64,000 bases of DNA from Lama glama (taxonomy: Eukaryota): positions 1,116,001 through 1,180,000 of the forward strand of contig CM052829.1 in the NCBI GenBank assembly GCA_028534125.1. The letters run 5' to 3'. Of this stretch, positions 1 through 10,495 are shown in pieces (the first letter of the stretch is position 1; every line of letters begins with the position of its first letter). A program made the position numbers and the translations under genes. The notes under the pieces are model-generated. The model worked only from the letters and a program-made list of their open reading frames with translations, ran no database searches and was not told the DNA's origin.

Positions 1-2389
1 GGAGGCCCTCCTCGTGCGGGCGAGGAGGCGAAGTGAGGCATCAAATAAAACCATTCGCGGGGCTGAGCGTTTACAGAAAAGGGAAATAAAACTGCAGCCA
101 TTCTCAGTCTTACCGCGTGAAGCACCACCATCCGGGGAGAAAAGAAGGCAAACATCCACAGCCGCCGAGCCGCCACTAAGCCGGGGCTGGGGAGGCCCCG
201 CGAGGAGTGCGGGGTGGGGGGGCTGAGGGGAGCGTGCAGCGGGGGGCCCCCCAGGGGAGCACGCAGCAGGGGACTGCAGCCTAGGAGCTGGTGGCCACAC
301 CCTCCGCCCTTGGCACCCACACCCCTGAAACTGAGATGCCTGCTCCTGACCCTGCCACCTGCCAGCAAGCAGCGCAACCCCACCGCCACCCCCAGCCAGA
401 CACAGGGCTCCTTCCGAGTCCAAAAGCCCTCGATGAAATGTTGAGCCGTGTGCCGTCTCCCGAGCGCTGACTGTCCTCAGTCACGTCCAACACGCCCATC
501 CCAGCTGGGGCCCGCGCTCCCCGCCTGGGGCCCGGGGCGCGCAGGGAGGTCCTCACACCTGGGGTTTGTGCGAAGTCCACTAACGTGCACCTTCCAGGCC
601 CCACACTTCCACTCACACAGCCACATAGAAAGTGATATGCTTTCTCTCATATCACCTGGGGACTCGGGCCCCGGAGCCGCTTCCCTCGGGCGCGCGGTGA
701 GCTGGGGCTGCGCGGGCCTCCCTCTGCTCTCCGCGTGGACGCGGGACGGCGGGGCCGCGGGGGGAGGACAGCGCCCAGGGGAGGGGCTCTGACCACCGCA
801 CACCGGTCCCCGGAAAGTCGCAGCCACCGTGCCCAAGGACTGTGCGTGTTCACATAAAACAACAGAAAGCTGGGTTCCTGCACCGGGTGTGGAAGCACCC
901 CTCCTGGTTTTGGCCCCGCATGCTTGTTTATTCACTGCCCAGCCCCCCCCCCCCAAGTGGACCAGCAGTGCAGGCTTGCGTTTCTGGGCATGTTCCTGGA
1001 ATATTTCCTGAGACAATGGGCCACCTTCCTGCAGGACTAAACCAGGGCTGTCCCTGTAAGTGCCGACTACCAAGTGTTTCAGGTCTGTGAAAACAAAATA
1101 GCAACACTGTTCCCACCCCAGCCCCAGTGGTAACCGCCCCTCGGCCGCTGCGTGGGGGACACGGGCACATGCACTGCCCAGGCCCCTGCAGTGGAGGGGC
1201 CGCATCTGTGCCCTGACCGGTGGGATGTATCCCAGCGGGATGTCTGATGGACTCTCAGCTGTGTAGCGAGACACAGCCGGGTACAGGGACCCAGAGGTGC
1301 AGGGAGTTCTCCTCTGTCTCAAGAACTCGGTGTGAAAATCCCACAGCCCAGCGTCGGGGCCCAGCGCACACCCACTGCGCAGGCCTGGAGAACGGACTTG
1401 GTCCAGGTGCCCACACACAGCAAGGCTGCTTTCTCTCCTTTCCTCCCCTCAGGTGTAATTTAAGGAACGCTTTCCGTTGAAACAGAGAAATCTTTCTTTC
1501 CAAACTCCTGGTTCGTTCACTTTTACTTTCGACAGTTTGCTCGGACAGTCTCTTGTCAGTGCAATGAGGAATTCCAGAAAGAACACCGGCTTAACAACAA
1601 GATAGACGGCCCATATATTCAAACCACAGACCAGAAAAAACCCATTCGTCTCTGTCAAAAAAAATAAGCTTGCACTCCACGATGTGCTTGTAAATTATAT
1701 TTTATAGCAGCCATGACCTTGGTTTGATTTCAAGTGAGGTTGGATTTTACTAAACTCTTAAAAGATGAAGAGTGAGCAAGCGTTTTCGGACCATCCCACA
1801 ACGTCTAGGGGACCCTGACTTCTGCAGCTTCCTAGCGGCAGTCAGCATGCGACTCACGGCAGGTGCGCGGGCCCCGGGGTGGGTGTGGCGGGGGAGCTCC
1901 GGGCTTGGCCGCTCCGTCGAGTCAGCAGAGGCTCCCGGCTTGCCCGGCCTTCACCGTCTGTTTTCCTTCCTTGTTCATCCGGCTGGGTCAGACCCCCCCA
2001 TCACCCACAAACGCTGCCGTGGAGATGGGGTGGAGACCCTTCCAAGAGTCATGAACCACAGAACTACACTTGGCCCACAATGAACCAGAGAAAACAGGAG
2101 GCGAGGGACACGGCCGCAATGCCCGGTGAGCCGCAGCCAACTTCACCCAAACGTGAGTCTGAGCCGGCTGGGGTTTTAATTACCCAAAGGCATGCAGTGC
2201 TCCCCCTGCAGAGCCCCAAACACAGAAACAAAGCGAAGGTGAGAGGCGGGGGGAGTCTGCACAAAGGCTGGGGCTGCCCCGCCCACGTTTCTGGGGAACT
2301 CCCCCACCAGCATCCCAGTGGAACAGGGACCTGGGCCACCTCTGAGCCTTTGCCATCTCATGATCTGGGGGGAAAGTTAAAACAGACAC

Positions 2390-2502
2390 GAGGGGCAGGA
2401 GGCGGCAGTGACGCCACCTTCAAGGAAGTGCCCAGGTGCTTGCTAGGACGTCTACATCTTTGGAACAAGTCCCAGTTTTAATCAGTTTTCAATGCAAGGG
2501 TT
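2390..2502 (+). repeat. Diverged direct repeat, copy 1 (partner 3152-3302)
   Basis: 2440-2502 vs 3240-3302: 56/63 identical, ungapped. Looser homology continues upstream. Confidence 0.85.
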
Positions 2503-3151
2503 CACGTAAGCCTTCCCAGATGACCAGCAAGAAAGAGCCGCCTCGGTGGCTTTCTCTTCCTTCCCTGTGGAAGGAAGCAGCTACAGTCTCGGCAGGACTG
2601 GGGGAAGTCGCCCAAGGCTGGGTCTCGCAGAAGTATTTTGGAAGTGACTCAAGCAACATGTTTTGACTTTTTTCCTCTACGTCTAGACCTGCCCTCACCC
2701 CGAGCCAAAAATGGTGCACTAAGCTGACAATTTGATGAATGAGACGAGAAACTGGGGCTGAATCTAAACAAAGAAGACTCTCTACACCGGAAATGTCAAC
2801 CTTCTGAAACATTTCTTGGGCAGTGGAGCCAAGCCCTCAGGATCCCACGGTCCGCCAGGACCCGCTCCCAGGAAGCGCGTGTGAGCAACAGCCCACGGGA
2901 GCCATTGTCTCCTCTGCAGGAAAGAAGGTGCTTCCTCCGCACATCACTGCAACTGTCTGCCTATGTTTGGAACTATTCTCTTTGTCTGAGTTACAAACAG
3001 AATGATTCACAACAACGCAACACTGCGGACTGCAGGGCTGCTCGGACGTCGGAGACGGCAGCTCCTCCAGCCCTCCTCCGCGGGCTCCTCCTCCCGCCCC
3101 GCCGGCATCGCCTTCCTGACCGCATTTCTGCAAGGAGGTGGGGAGTGACCG

Positions 3152-3302
3152 GAGGGCAAGAGGTAGAAGCGGCCCCACCCTCAAGGAAACGCCGGCAGAC
3201 TCTGGTCAGCCGACTCGGGAACTGGACTCACCCCAGTATTTGCTGGAATGTCCACATCTTAGGAAAAAGTCCCAGTTTTAATCAATTTTCAATGCAAGGG
3301 TT
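3152..3302 (+). repeat. Diverged direct repeat, copy 2 (with ~40-nt extra internal segment)
   Basis: gagggcaagaggtagaagcggccccaccctcaaggaaacgcc ... ttgctggaatgtccacatcttaggaaaaagtcccagttttaatcaattttcaatgcaagggtt aligns to copy 1. Confidence 0.85.
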
Positions 3303-3640
3303 AAGGTTAGGGCCTCAGGGCCACATTGATTGTAACTTGGCCCCCCAGCCCCCGCCCCGAGAGAAACCCACCACTGTCGTCACCAGCTGAGCATCTCTGC
3401 AATAAAGCCTCCAGAGGACGAGGCCCAAGATGGCCGACATCCGCGCAGTGCGTAGGGTGTAAACACACCTCCCCCTGCAGGGACATCCCCAAGCTGTCAG
3501 GCTGCCTGGACATCTGGCAGTTATCCGTCTAGCGGCTTGACCTTCGGGAGTCAGCTGCAAACACTGACCTCCCGCTTCGGTTACAGGCCCTCTTTTAGAA
3601 ACACATATTCTAAATAGCTCTACAATCTAAGCAAGTCGTT

Positions 3641-4285
3641 GCAAACTGGTGCAGCTACTATGGGGCTAGTATGGAGAGGCCTCAAAAAATTAACAGTAGA
3701 ATTTCTGTATGATCCAGCAATCCCACTTTCTGGGCATTTATTCAAAGAACATGAAAACACTAATTTGAAAAGACACATGCAACACATTTACAACAGCCAA
3801 GATATGGAAGCAGCCTAAGTGTCAATCAGCAGATGACCAGATAAAGAAGCTGTGGTGTATTTATACAGTGGAATACTACTCAGCCATATAAAAGAATAAA
3901 ATAATGCCATTTACACCAGTATGGATGGACTTGAAGGGTATTATGTTATGAGAAATAAATCAGAAAGAGAAAGTCAAATAGCATATGATTTCACTCATAT
4001 GGAGAATCTAAAAAACAAATAAACAAAAGCCAAACAAAATAAATTAAAAAACAAAACAAAAACAAACACCTAGCTACACAGAAGTTACCAGTGGAGAAGG
4101 GAGGGAAGAGGGTGTTAAACAGGTAAAGGGAGTCCACTGTGTGGTGACAGATGGAAACTAAATCTTGGTGGTGAGCACACGGCAGTGTAGACAGAAATAA
4201 AATATAATGCAGTATGCATGAAACTTATATAATGTTATACACCAATGGTAACTCAAAATATTTTTCTTTAATTAAAAAAATTAAA
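3641..4285 (+). mobile_element. LINE-1 3' fragment (ORF2 end + 3' UTR), L1MA-like
   Basis: Hallmark L1 motifs tatgatccagcaatcccact, tggaatactactcagccat, atggatggacttgaagggtattatg; A-rich end. Confidence 0.9.
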
Positions 4286-5319
4286 TCATGATTCTTTTTG
4301 GTGAGGGCTAAGTATCCAAGATGTCCAGTACAGCCTGGGAGGAAGTGGCGGGGCTCTGAGACCCCCACTCACTGGGAGAACATCCCGTGGACGTGGCCGT
4401 CAGCCCATCTCAGTCAACGTGCACCATCACAGCCCCGAGCCTCGTGCTGAGCAAACCCACAGACACGACCTCAGCTCCGCCTCGGGGAGCCTGGGTGGTG
4501 GGGACTTTACCCCTTCCTTCTGATGAGCAGACAGAGACTCAAGGGACAGATTTCAGGACTCGCTGCTGGACAGTGGCTACACCGAGGCCCCCAGGTCCCC
4601 AACCTCTGACCAGACCGCACCCTCTTCATACAAAAACCCAGCCAAGCCCAGAATGGCGTGGCTGTGCTCAGAGAGCATTCTGCACCTCAGCCAGTCTTTG
4701 CCATTTGCCCTCCTCAGGTTTTGGAAATTCATCTAATTAAAGAAGCCCTGGCTATTGGTCTGAAGGGTTAATACGGGATGTTACGCCTCATGATCCTGGG
4801 CTCAGCCATTAACTATTAACCAACTCAATCAACCATCAGTCAATGAAGTATCAGACAGCCTCCTGCCATATGAAACGCTCCCACGAAGGTGCGTTAAGAT
4901 TCCAGAACTGCGACGGTGTCTATGAAGCATCGAGTCTGGAAACGCTGCACGAGGGGGTGGTGGTGGATCGTGGCCCTGGCGATGAGCACTAATCTCCTGA
5001 GCCCACACGTGCAACCTAGAGTCCACTCTGTAACCAGCTGAACGGCCAGCAGCCCCGCCCTCCCCTGTTCTGCCTTCGGTGCCCGAACAGCGACAGGGAT
5101 GAGCCTGACTCCGGGAGCCGGGGCCCTGGGGGGCTTCAGGGAAAGGGCGGGCTCTCTGAAGACAAGCTTACAGGTGTGTCTCACTTGGATCTACAATCAA
5201 TGACAGTAACTGGACACCCCATCCTCCTTAGAAAAGTGTAACAATATGATTAAACGTAAAAACAAAACCAAAGAAGCCCCATCAACCTCTTCCTTGAATA
5301 CGAGCCCTTCCAGACACGC

Positions 5320-5480
5320 TCTCAGTGTGACCGATTGCACAGTTCCTTGTCTGCTTGGCGCCGGGGCGCTGGCCTCACCTGGAACGTCATCTCGGCTCCG
5401 CCTACCCCGTCTTCCTCAATACTTGTTCTCAATACTTTAGCTCAAAGCCCGTCTTCTCCAGGGATGCTCAGCGCCTCGCT
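5320..5480 (+). mobile_element. Probable L2 fragment
   Basis: cctcacctggaacgtc...tagctcaaagcccgtcttctccaggg resembles the L2 3' region; heavily diverged. Confidence 0.4.
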
Positions 5481-7489
5481 CGGGTGGGGTGCACCCCCTT
5501 CTCCTCCAACTTCCTGACACCAACAGCCCCGTACTTACTGGAACCAGCTCGGGCCAGATGCTTCCCGCAGGTGACTCCAGAGCCTGAGGGCTCAGGTTTG
5601 TTGGGAAGGACAGATTTTTGCTGAGTTTGGGGAATCAGACCAGGCTGTGTACGACTGGTCTTCCTGCCCCACAAATCTTTTTTTTTCTTCCTAACACCAG
5701 AATTTGACACACTGTAGCTGACTACCCTACAAACCTTTGACAAGGCAGCGCCAGCGAATGAGTCGGAGCCCCGAGCTGGAGATAAGCAAGACCCCCCCAC
5801 CAGCAGTGACTTATCCGGATCCTGACCCAGATCCTGAGCAGCGAGGTTTCCTGGGAGAACAGGCGCAGACGTGCTGCATTCTCACAGCATAACAACCACC
5901 TCCCCGCGGTCGGCCTCTGCCAGGTCTCCCCGTTTCCAGCAGGTGCCTGAACGCCGGAGGAGAATATGGGCTGGGGATCAGCAAAGGCAGCCCTCAGGCA
6001 CTAGGAACGCCTACACTTCAGCAGACAGGGCTTTACAAAACCGCTTACATCGAACTGCAGAACAACGACGCCCACTGGAACACACCACACCACACACACT
6101 GCAGGGAGCTTCTGGGCCTGCTTCGTCCCACTGCTCCGCCAGGTAATCTGCTCACACGTGGAGCCGCACACGCAGCGGTGCGTCTGTTTACTCAAGGGTC
6201 TGAGCCATCAGCTGGCCTGGATGACACTCAGGTCCCCAGGCCGTAGCACACAGAGTGCTGTTAACCATAAAAGGGGATGGAGGTACAAGGATGCCTTCCT
6301 GTGGAAAGTCTGGCCCAGTGATTTGAGTACCAGCTGGATTAAACTTTCCCAGCTGACAAAACACCAGTTAAATTAAATCCTCAGGAACCACAGCTCAGGT
6401 AGCCCATGCACACCAGATCAGCCTGAACTGTCTGAGGACGTGATGCTCAGGACCCACGGCCACCTGACGGTGGGGATGCTGAGCGCAGCGGACCGCGTGG
6501 GAGAAAGCAATGCCCGCATGTCTCAGGTGCCCTTTCCCAGCGTGGCTTTTACACGGGAAGAGTCAGGACAAAGCTTGTTAGGGCAATCAAAGGCATGTCG
6601 GAGACCACGAGGTTGGAACTTAAGCTCGGAGGAGGGGCTCCTCCCTACCGTGAGTTTTCAGAGGACGAAGATCACACCCTCCAGGCACAAAGCCGAAGGG
6701 AACAGCCAAGCGAGGGTTCTAGGAACTGAGATCTTCCTTTCGGGGCAGCAGACTGAGCTGGGAGGTCTGTTCACCCTGGAGAAAGAGGTGGCAGGAACTA
6801 TGAGTCCCCCTTCCCCGCCCATCGGCCTGGCAGGAGACAGATGTCTCCACCTGGGGTTTGTCCTGGGTGCTCGCTGACTTCGCCTCGGTGATGGGCTCAC
6901 CCCGGCCCAACAGCAGCCAGCACGAGCACAGGGGGCTGGGCGGCCCTGGAGTGAGCACTCTGGGTGGACCAGCCCCCTGGGGATGGCAGAGCCGGTGGCC
7001 CCATCACAGATTCCAAGGGCATCTCCCAAGTGCGGACATCAGTCTGCAGGACCAGCCCAGCGCCCTAGCCCAGGGCTCTGTCTGAGACCCTCCGGAGGGA
7101 AACCCCACTGAGAAAACACATGGAGTGCGGACATGCAGACCACGACGGGCCACGGCGCGTGGTCCTGGACGCACTGCCAGTTTCACGTTAGCAGACTCAG
7201 ACGACGTGTCTAAATTATACAATTTTTTCCTCACTGCTGAGACTGTGTTTATTACCTCTGACAGACTTCCCACAGGCCGGCTCCTGACACTCTAAACAGA
7301 CTGTCACAAACTGGTCCTGACACGGAGAAGCTGAAATCCAGTTTCATTTTGGAAAGAAACGCTTTCCCTCAACGTTGCGATGTTTATTTAAATTTTTTTC
7401 AGGTTCTATTAACTTAAGGCAGCAATATTTTCCGCAACCCAGTATTTTGCCTGGGGAGGTGGCCGCAGAGCAGCTCACTGTTCGCCCAG

Positions 7490-8460
7490 GGGTCACGGGG
7501 TCGCGCTGCTGCCTTTCCAAGAACCTCAGTCTCCTCTGCAGGACGGCGGCCCCGCCCGCCCCGCGCCGTCGGGGAGGCGCCGCCCGTCTCCAGGCGCACC
7601 GGAGCTCGCGGCTGCCCGCGCCGCGCTCCGCTCCGACCCGAGTCACGGGCCGGACGGGACCAGGCAACCAGTCCAGTCGGCAAAGAGGAGAATCCGCTCC
7701 CTGTTTGGATTTGATCCCCTTGAACAGCGAGCAGAAGTCACTGGGCTCTCTCCTTGTCAGGTGCGTCGTCGTGAAGACACGCATTGCCCTCCTCGGTGTG
7801 CGCCCACGACCGGCGGACGCAGCCGCGCCGGCGTGGCCCGTCCCGCCTGCGGCCCCGCGGGCCAGCGTCGCCCCGCGCGTGCGCTCTGAGCCGGCGGAGC
7901 CTCGCCCCGCGCGTGCGCTCCGAGCCCGCGGAGCCCGCCCCGCGCCGCGGCGCCCCCGACGGCGCGGAGACCAGGGGGCGTCCGACCGCGGGCCTCGGGC
8001 GTGCGTGCGCCTACGTAGCCCCGGGAGGACGGCCGAGAACGTGTCCTGCGCCAGAGTGAAACTAAATTTAAAATAAAGGGGAGGGAAATCAACACGGAAA
8101 GCGCGTGAGGCTCATCTCCAAGCCCGGGGGCGCAGGCCATGTTGACGTCCGCCGCCGCAGCGAACAGGGAGGGCTGATGAAGAGGACAGGCGCAGTGAGG
8201 CCTGGGCGACTGGGGCTGAGGGACCTCCTGGTCCTGAGCCGAGCGAGAACCTTCCATGGCTCTGACCCGCCGTTAGTGGCAAGGAAGCCCAGCGTGCCTC
8301 TGTTTCCTCTGGGCCGCGAGGAGCTCTCCTGCCAGCGGGACGGCCGGGGCCCGGCCGCCTGCCCGGGGCCCGGGGCCACCGGCCCCTCGCCCGCCTCCGC
8401 TGCGTACATGCCCTCGCAGAGCCCAACGGGAAAACGACACTCCCCCGGAGGGGATGCGCA
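7490..8460. promoter_or_regulatory. Intragenic CpG island in SMOC2 intron 9
   Basis: About 1 kb of very high GC and dense CpG. GC boxes, two GCGCGTGCGC NRF1-type sites (7875-7884, 7909-7918), GCCATGTT YY1-type site (8136-8143) and adjacent TGACGTCC CRE-like site. Confidence 0.75.
7868..7945 (+). repeat. 34-bp tandem repeat, 2.3 copies
   Basis: tcgccccgcgcgtgcgctc(t/c)gagcc(g/c)gcggagcc at 7868-7901 and 7902-7935 (2 mismatches), plus a partial third copy. Confidence 0.9.
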
Positions 8461-9289
8461 AAACCTAACGCCAAACGTAGGGCTGGTAACTGCTTCCGAG
8501 GTTCGATCCTACCTGATTTGTGTTTAATAAGGAAAGAGCGAGCCTGAAAGATGAAACCACCAAAACCCAATGCCAAGATGGAGGAAAGGGAGCCCGGGAC
8601 ACGGGCGCGAGGGCAGGACTGATTTGAGTCCCAGGTCGTGGAACTGCAGGTCTCAGACACCCCCCGCAGGGTGCAGAGTGGACGGCGCCCCCGCGGGGCT
8701 CACACTCAGCTCCAGCGCCCGGATTCTAGCTCCTGTCTCTATCAGGCTGGAAATGGGCACGGCGGGAAGGTGGGCGCCATCCTTCCCGATGTGCCCTCAC
8801 CCTACAGCCACAGCCAAGCCACGGAGGCGCGGGTTCAGGCAGGACCCCTTAGCATCTTCCACGGCCGGTGGTCAGGCATCAGGGAACCTCTGGGAGGAGA
8901 AGTGACAGCACTGCCTCCCAAGACTGAACGGACGAGGGGGTGGAGAAAGATTCCGATCACCTGTATTCATTCTGGTAACCTGAGCCTCGTTCAGACTGGA
9001 CACAGATGGTGTTTGGGGGGGGGGGTGTGTTCCGTGACATGGGACAGCAACTTTACAATAATTTACTTCTGGTTCCTTTAACAGCAAATCACATTCAGTA
9101 CAGCCCACCTTATAATGAGAGCATCGTAAAGAGAATTTTGTTCCAGTAAGGTTCTTGTGAACATATACATGTGTACACGGGTATGTTCCTGTGTACCTCT
9201 GGCTTCAGCATGACAACTGGCTTCACTGTGCCGCTGTGGTGACACCTAAGCTACATAGGCCTGGCACATTTAGCATCAACACGCACATC

Positions 9290-9405
9290 TCTAAAGCACA
9301 GAGACAACGGCCCCTCCTCACAGGGCTGCAGCGAAGATTAAGTGAATGAATACGCGTGAAACATCGGACTGATATGCCTTCCAAGCTCTCGGTAAATACT
9401 GACCG
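9290..9405 (+). mobile_element. MIR SINE fragment
   Basis: cctcacagggctgcagcgaagattaagtgaatgaatacgcgtgaaa...ctcggtaaata resembles the MIR core/3' end. Confidence 0.6.
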
Positions 9406-9504
9406 GTATGAATGCTGCGGTGGTTCTCGGTGCTACTGCGGTTTTGTCTTGGGCAGACGTTGTCCACAAGCCTGTCAGTGAGTTTTTTAAATTAAAAATT
9501 AGCT

Positions 9505-10495
9505 TAAAATGGGCAGAAGACCTAAACAGAAGACACACAGATGACCAATAGGCACAGGAAAAGATGCTCAGCATCACTAATGATCAGAGAAATGCAAAGC
9601 AAAACTACAAGAGGTGCCACTTCACACCAGTCAGAAAGGCCATCATCAAAAAGTCCACAAACGATAGATGCTGGAGAGGCTGTGGGGAAAAGGGAGCCCT
9701 CCTACCCTGCTGGTGGGGATGTAAATTGGTGCAGCTACTTTGGAGGACAGAATGGAGGTTCCTTAAAAAACTAAAAATAGACTTACCATATGATCCAGCA
9801 ATCCCACTCCTGGGCATCTATCCAGAGGGAACTCTTAATTCGAAAACATGCCTGCACCCCAGTGTTCACAGCAGCACTATTTACAACAGCCAAGACATGG
9901 AAACAACCTAAATGTCCACTGACAGATGACTGGGTAAAGAATCTGTGGTGTATCTATGGAATGGAATACTACTCAGCCATAAAAAAGAATGAAATAATGC
10001 CCTGCGCAGTGACGGGGACGGACCTGGAGATGATAATACTAAGTGAAGTAAGTAAGACAGAGACAGACAAATACATGATATCACTTATGTGTGGAATCTA
10101 AAAAATAATGTTATAATTGAAAATATTTACAAAACAGAGAAGACTCACAGACATCAAAAACAAACTTATGGTTACCAGTGGGGAAAGGGGGAAAGGAGGG
10201 ATAAATTAGGAGTTTGGAATTAACATATTCACATTATTATATATAAAATAGGTCAACAACAAGGTCCTACTACATAGCATAGGGAACTCTATTCTATGTT
10301 TTGTAATAACTTATAATGGACAAAAATCTGAAAAAGAATATATGTATGCATCTCTACAGACGTACAGATACAGACACACACACACACAGCTGAATCACTT
10401 CGCTGTGTACCTGAAACTGACAACAGTATAAATCAACTCCACTTCAATTAATTTTTTTTAATTTTTAGAAATAAATAAATAAGTCATAAAAAATT
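9505..10495 (+). mobile_element. LINE-1 5'-truncated copy (ORF2 C-terminus + 3' UTR + A-rich tail), artiodactyl type
   Basis: ORF 9564..9911 translates [52 protein letters not shown] (L1 ORF2p C-terminal region). Typical 3' UTR with an internal (CA)n near 10375. Confidence 0.95.

Noticed and set aside
477-1418. 313-aa ORF, and other long ORFs such as 7375..8076, 37573..38265, 46531..47346 and 60494..61303
   Set aside because: Pro/Arg/Gly/Ala-rich, no recognisable domain, often with non-ATG starts and overlapping on both strands. This is expected from stop-codon scarcity in GC-rich intron.
7490-8460. Imprinting control region
   Set aside because: No ZFP57 TGCCGC motif seen in the island by eye, and the sequence alone cannot show allele-specific methylation.
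9564-10101. ORFs resembling a protein with a CWxxC motif
   Set aside because: Frameshifted L1 ORF2p remnants, not a host gene. The same applies to 33018..33200.
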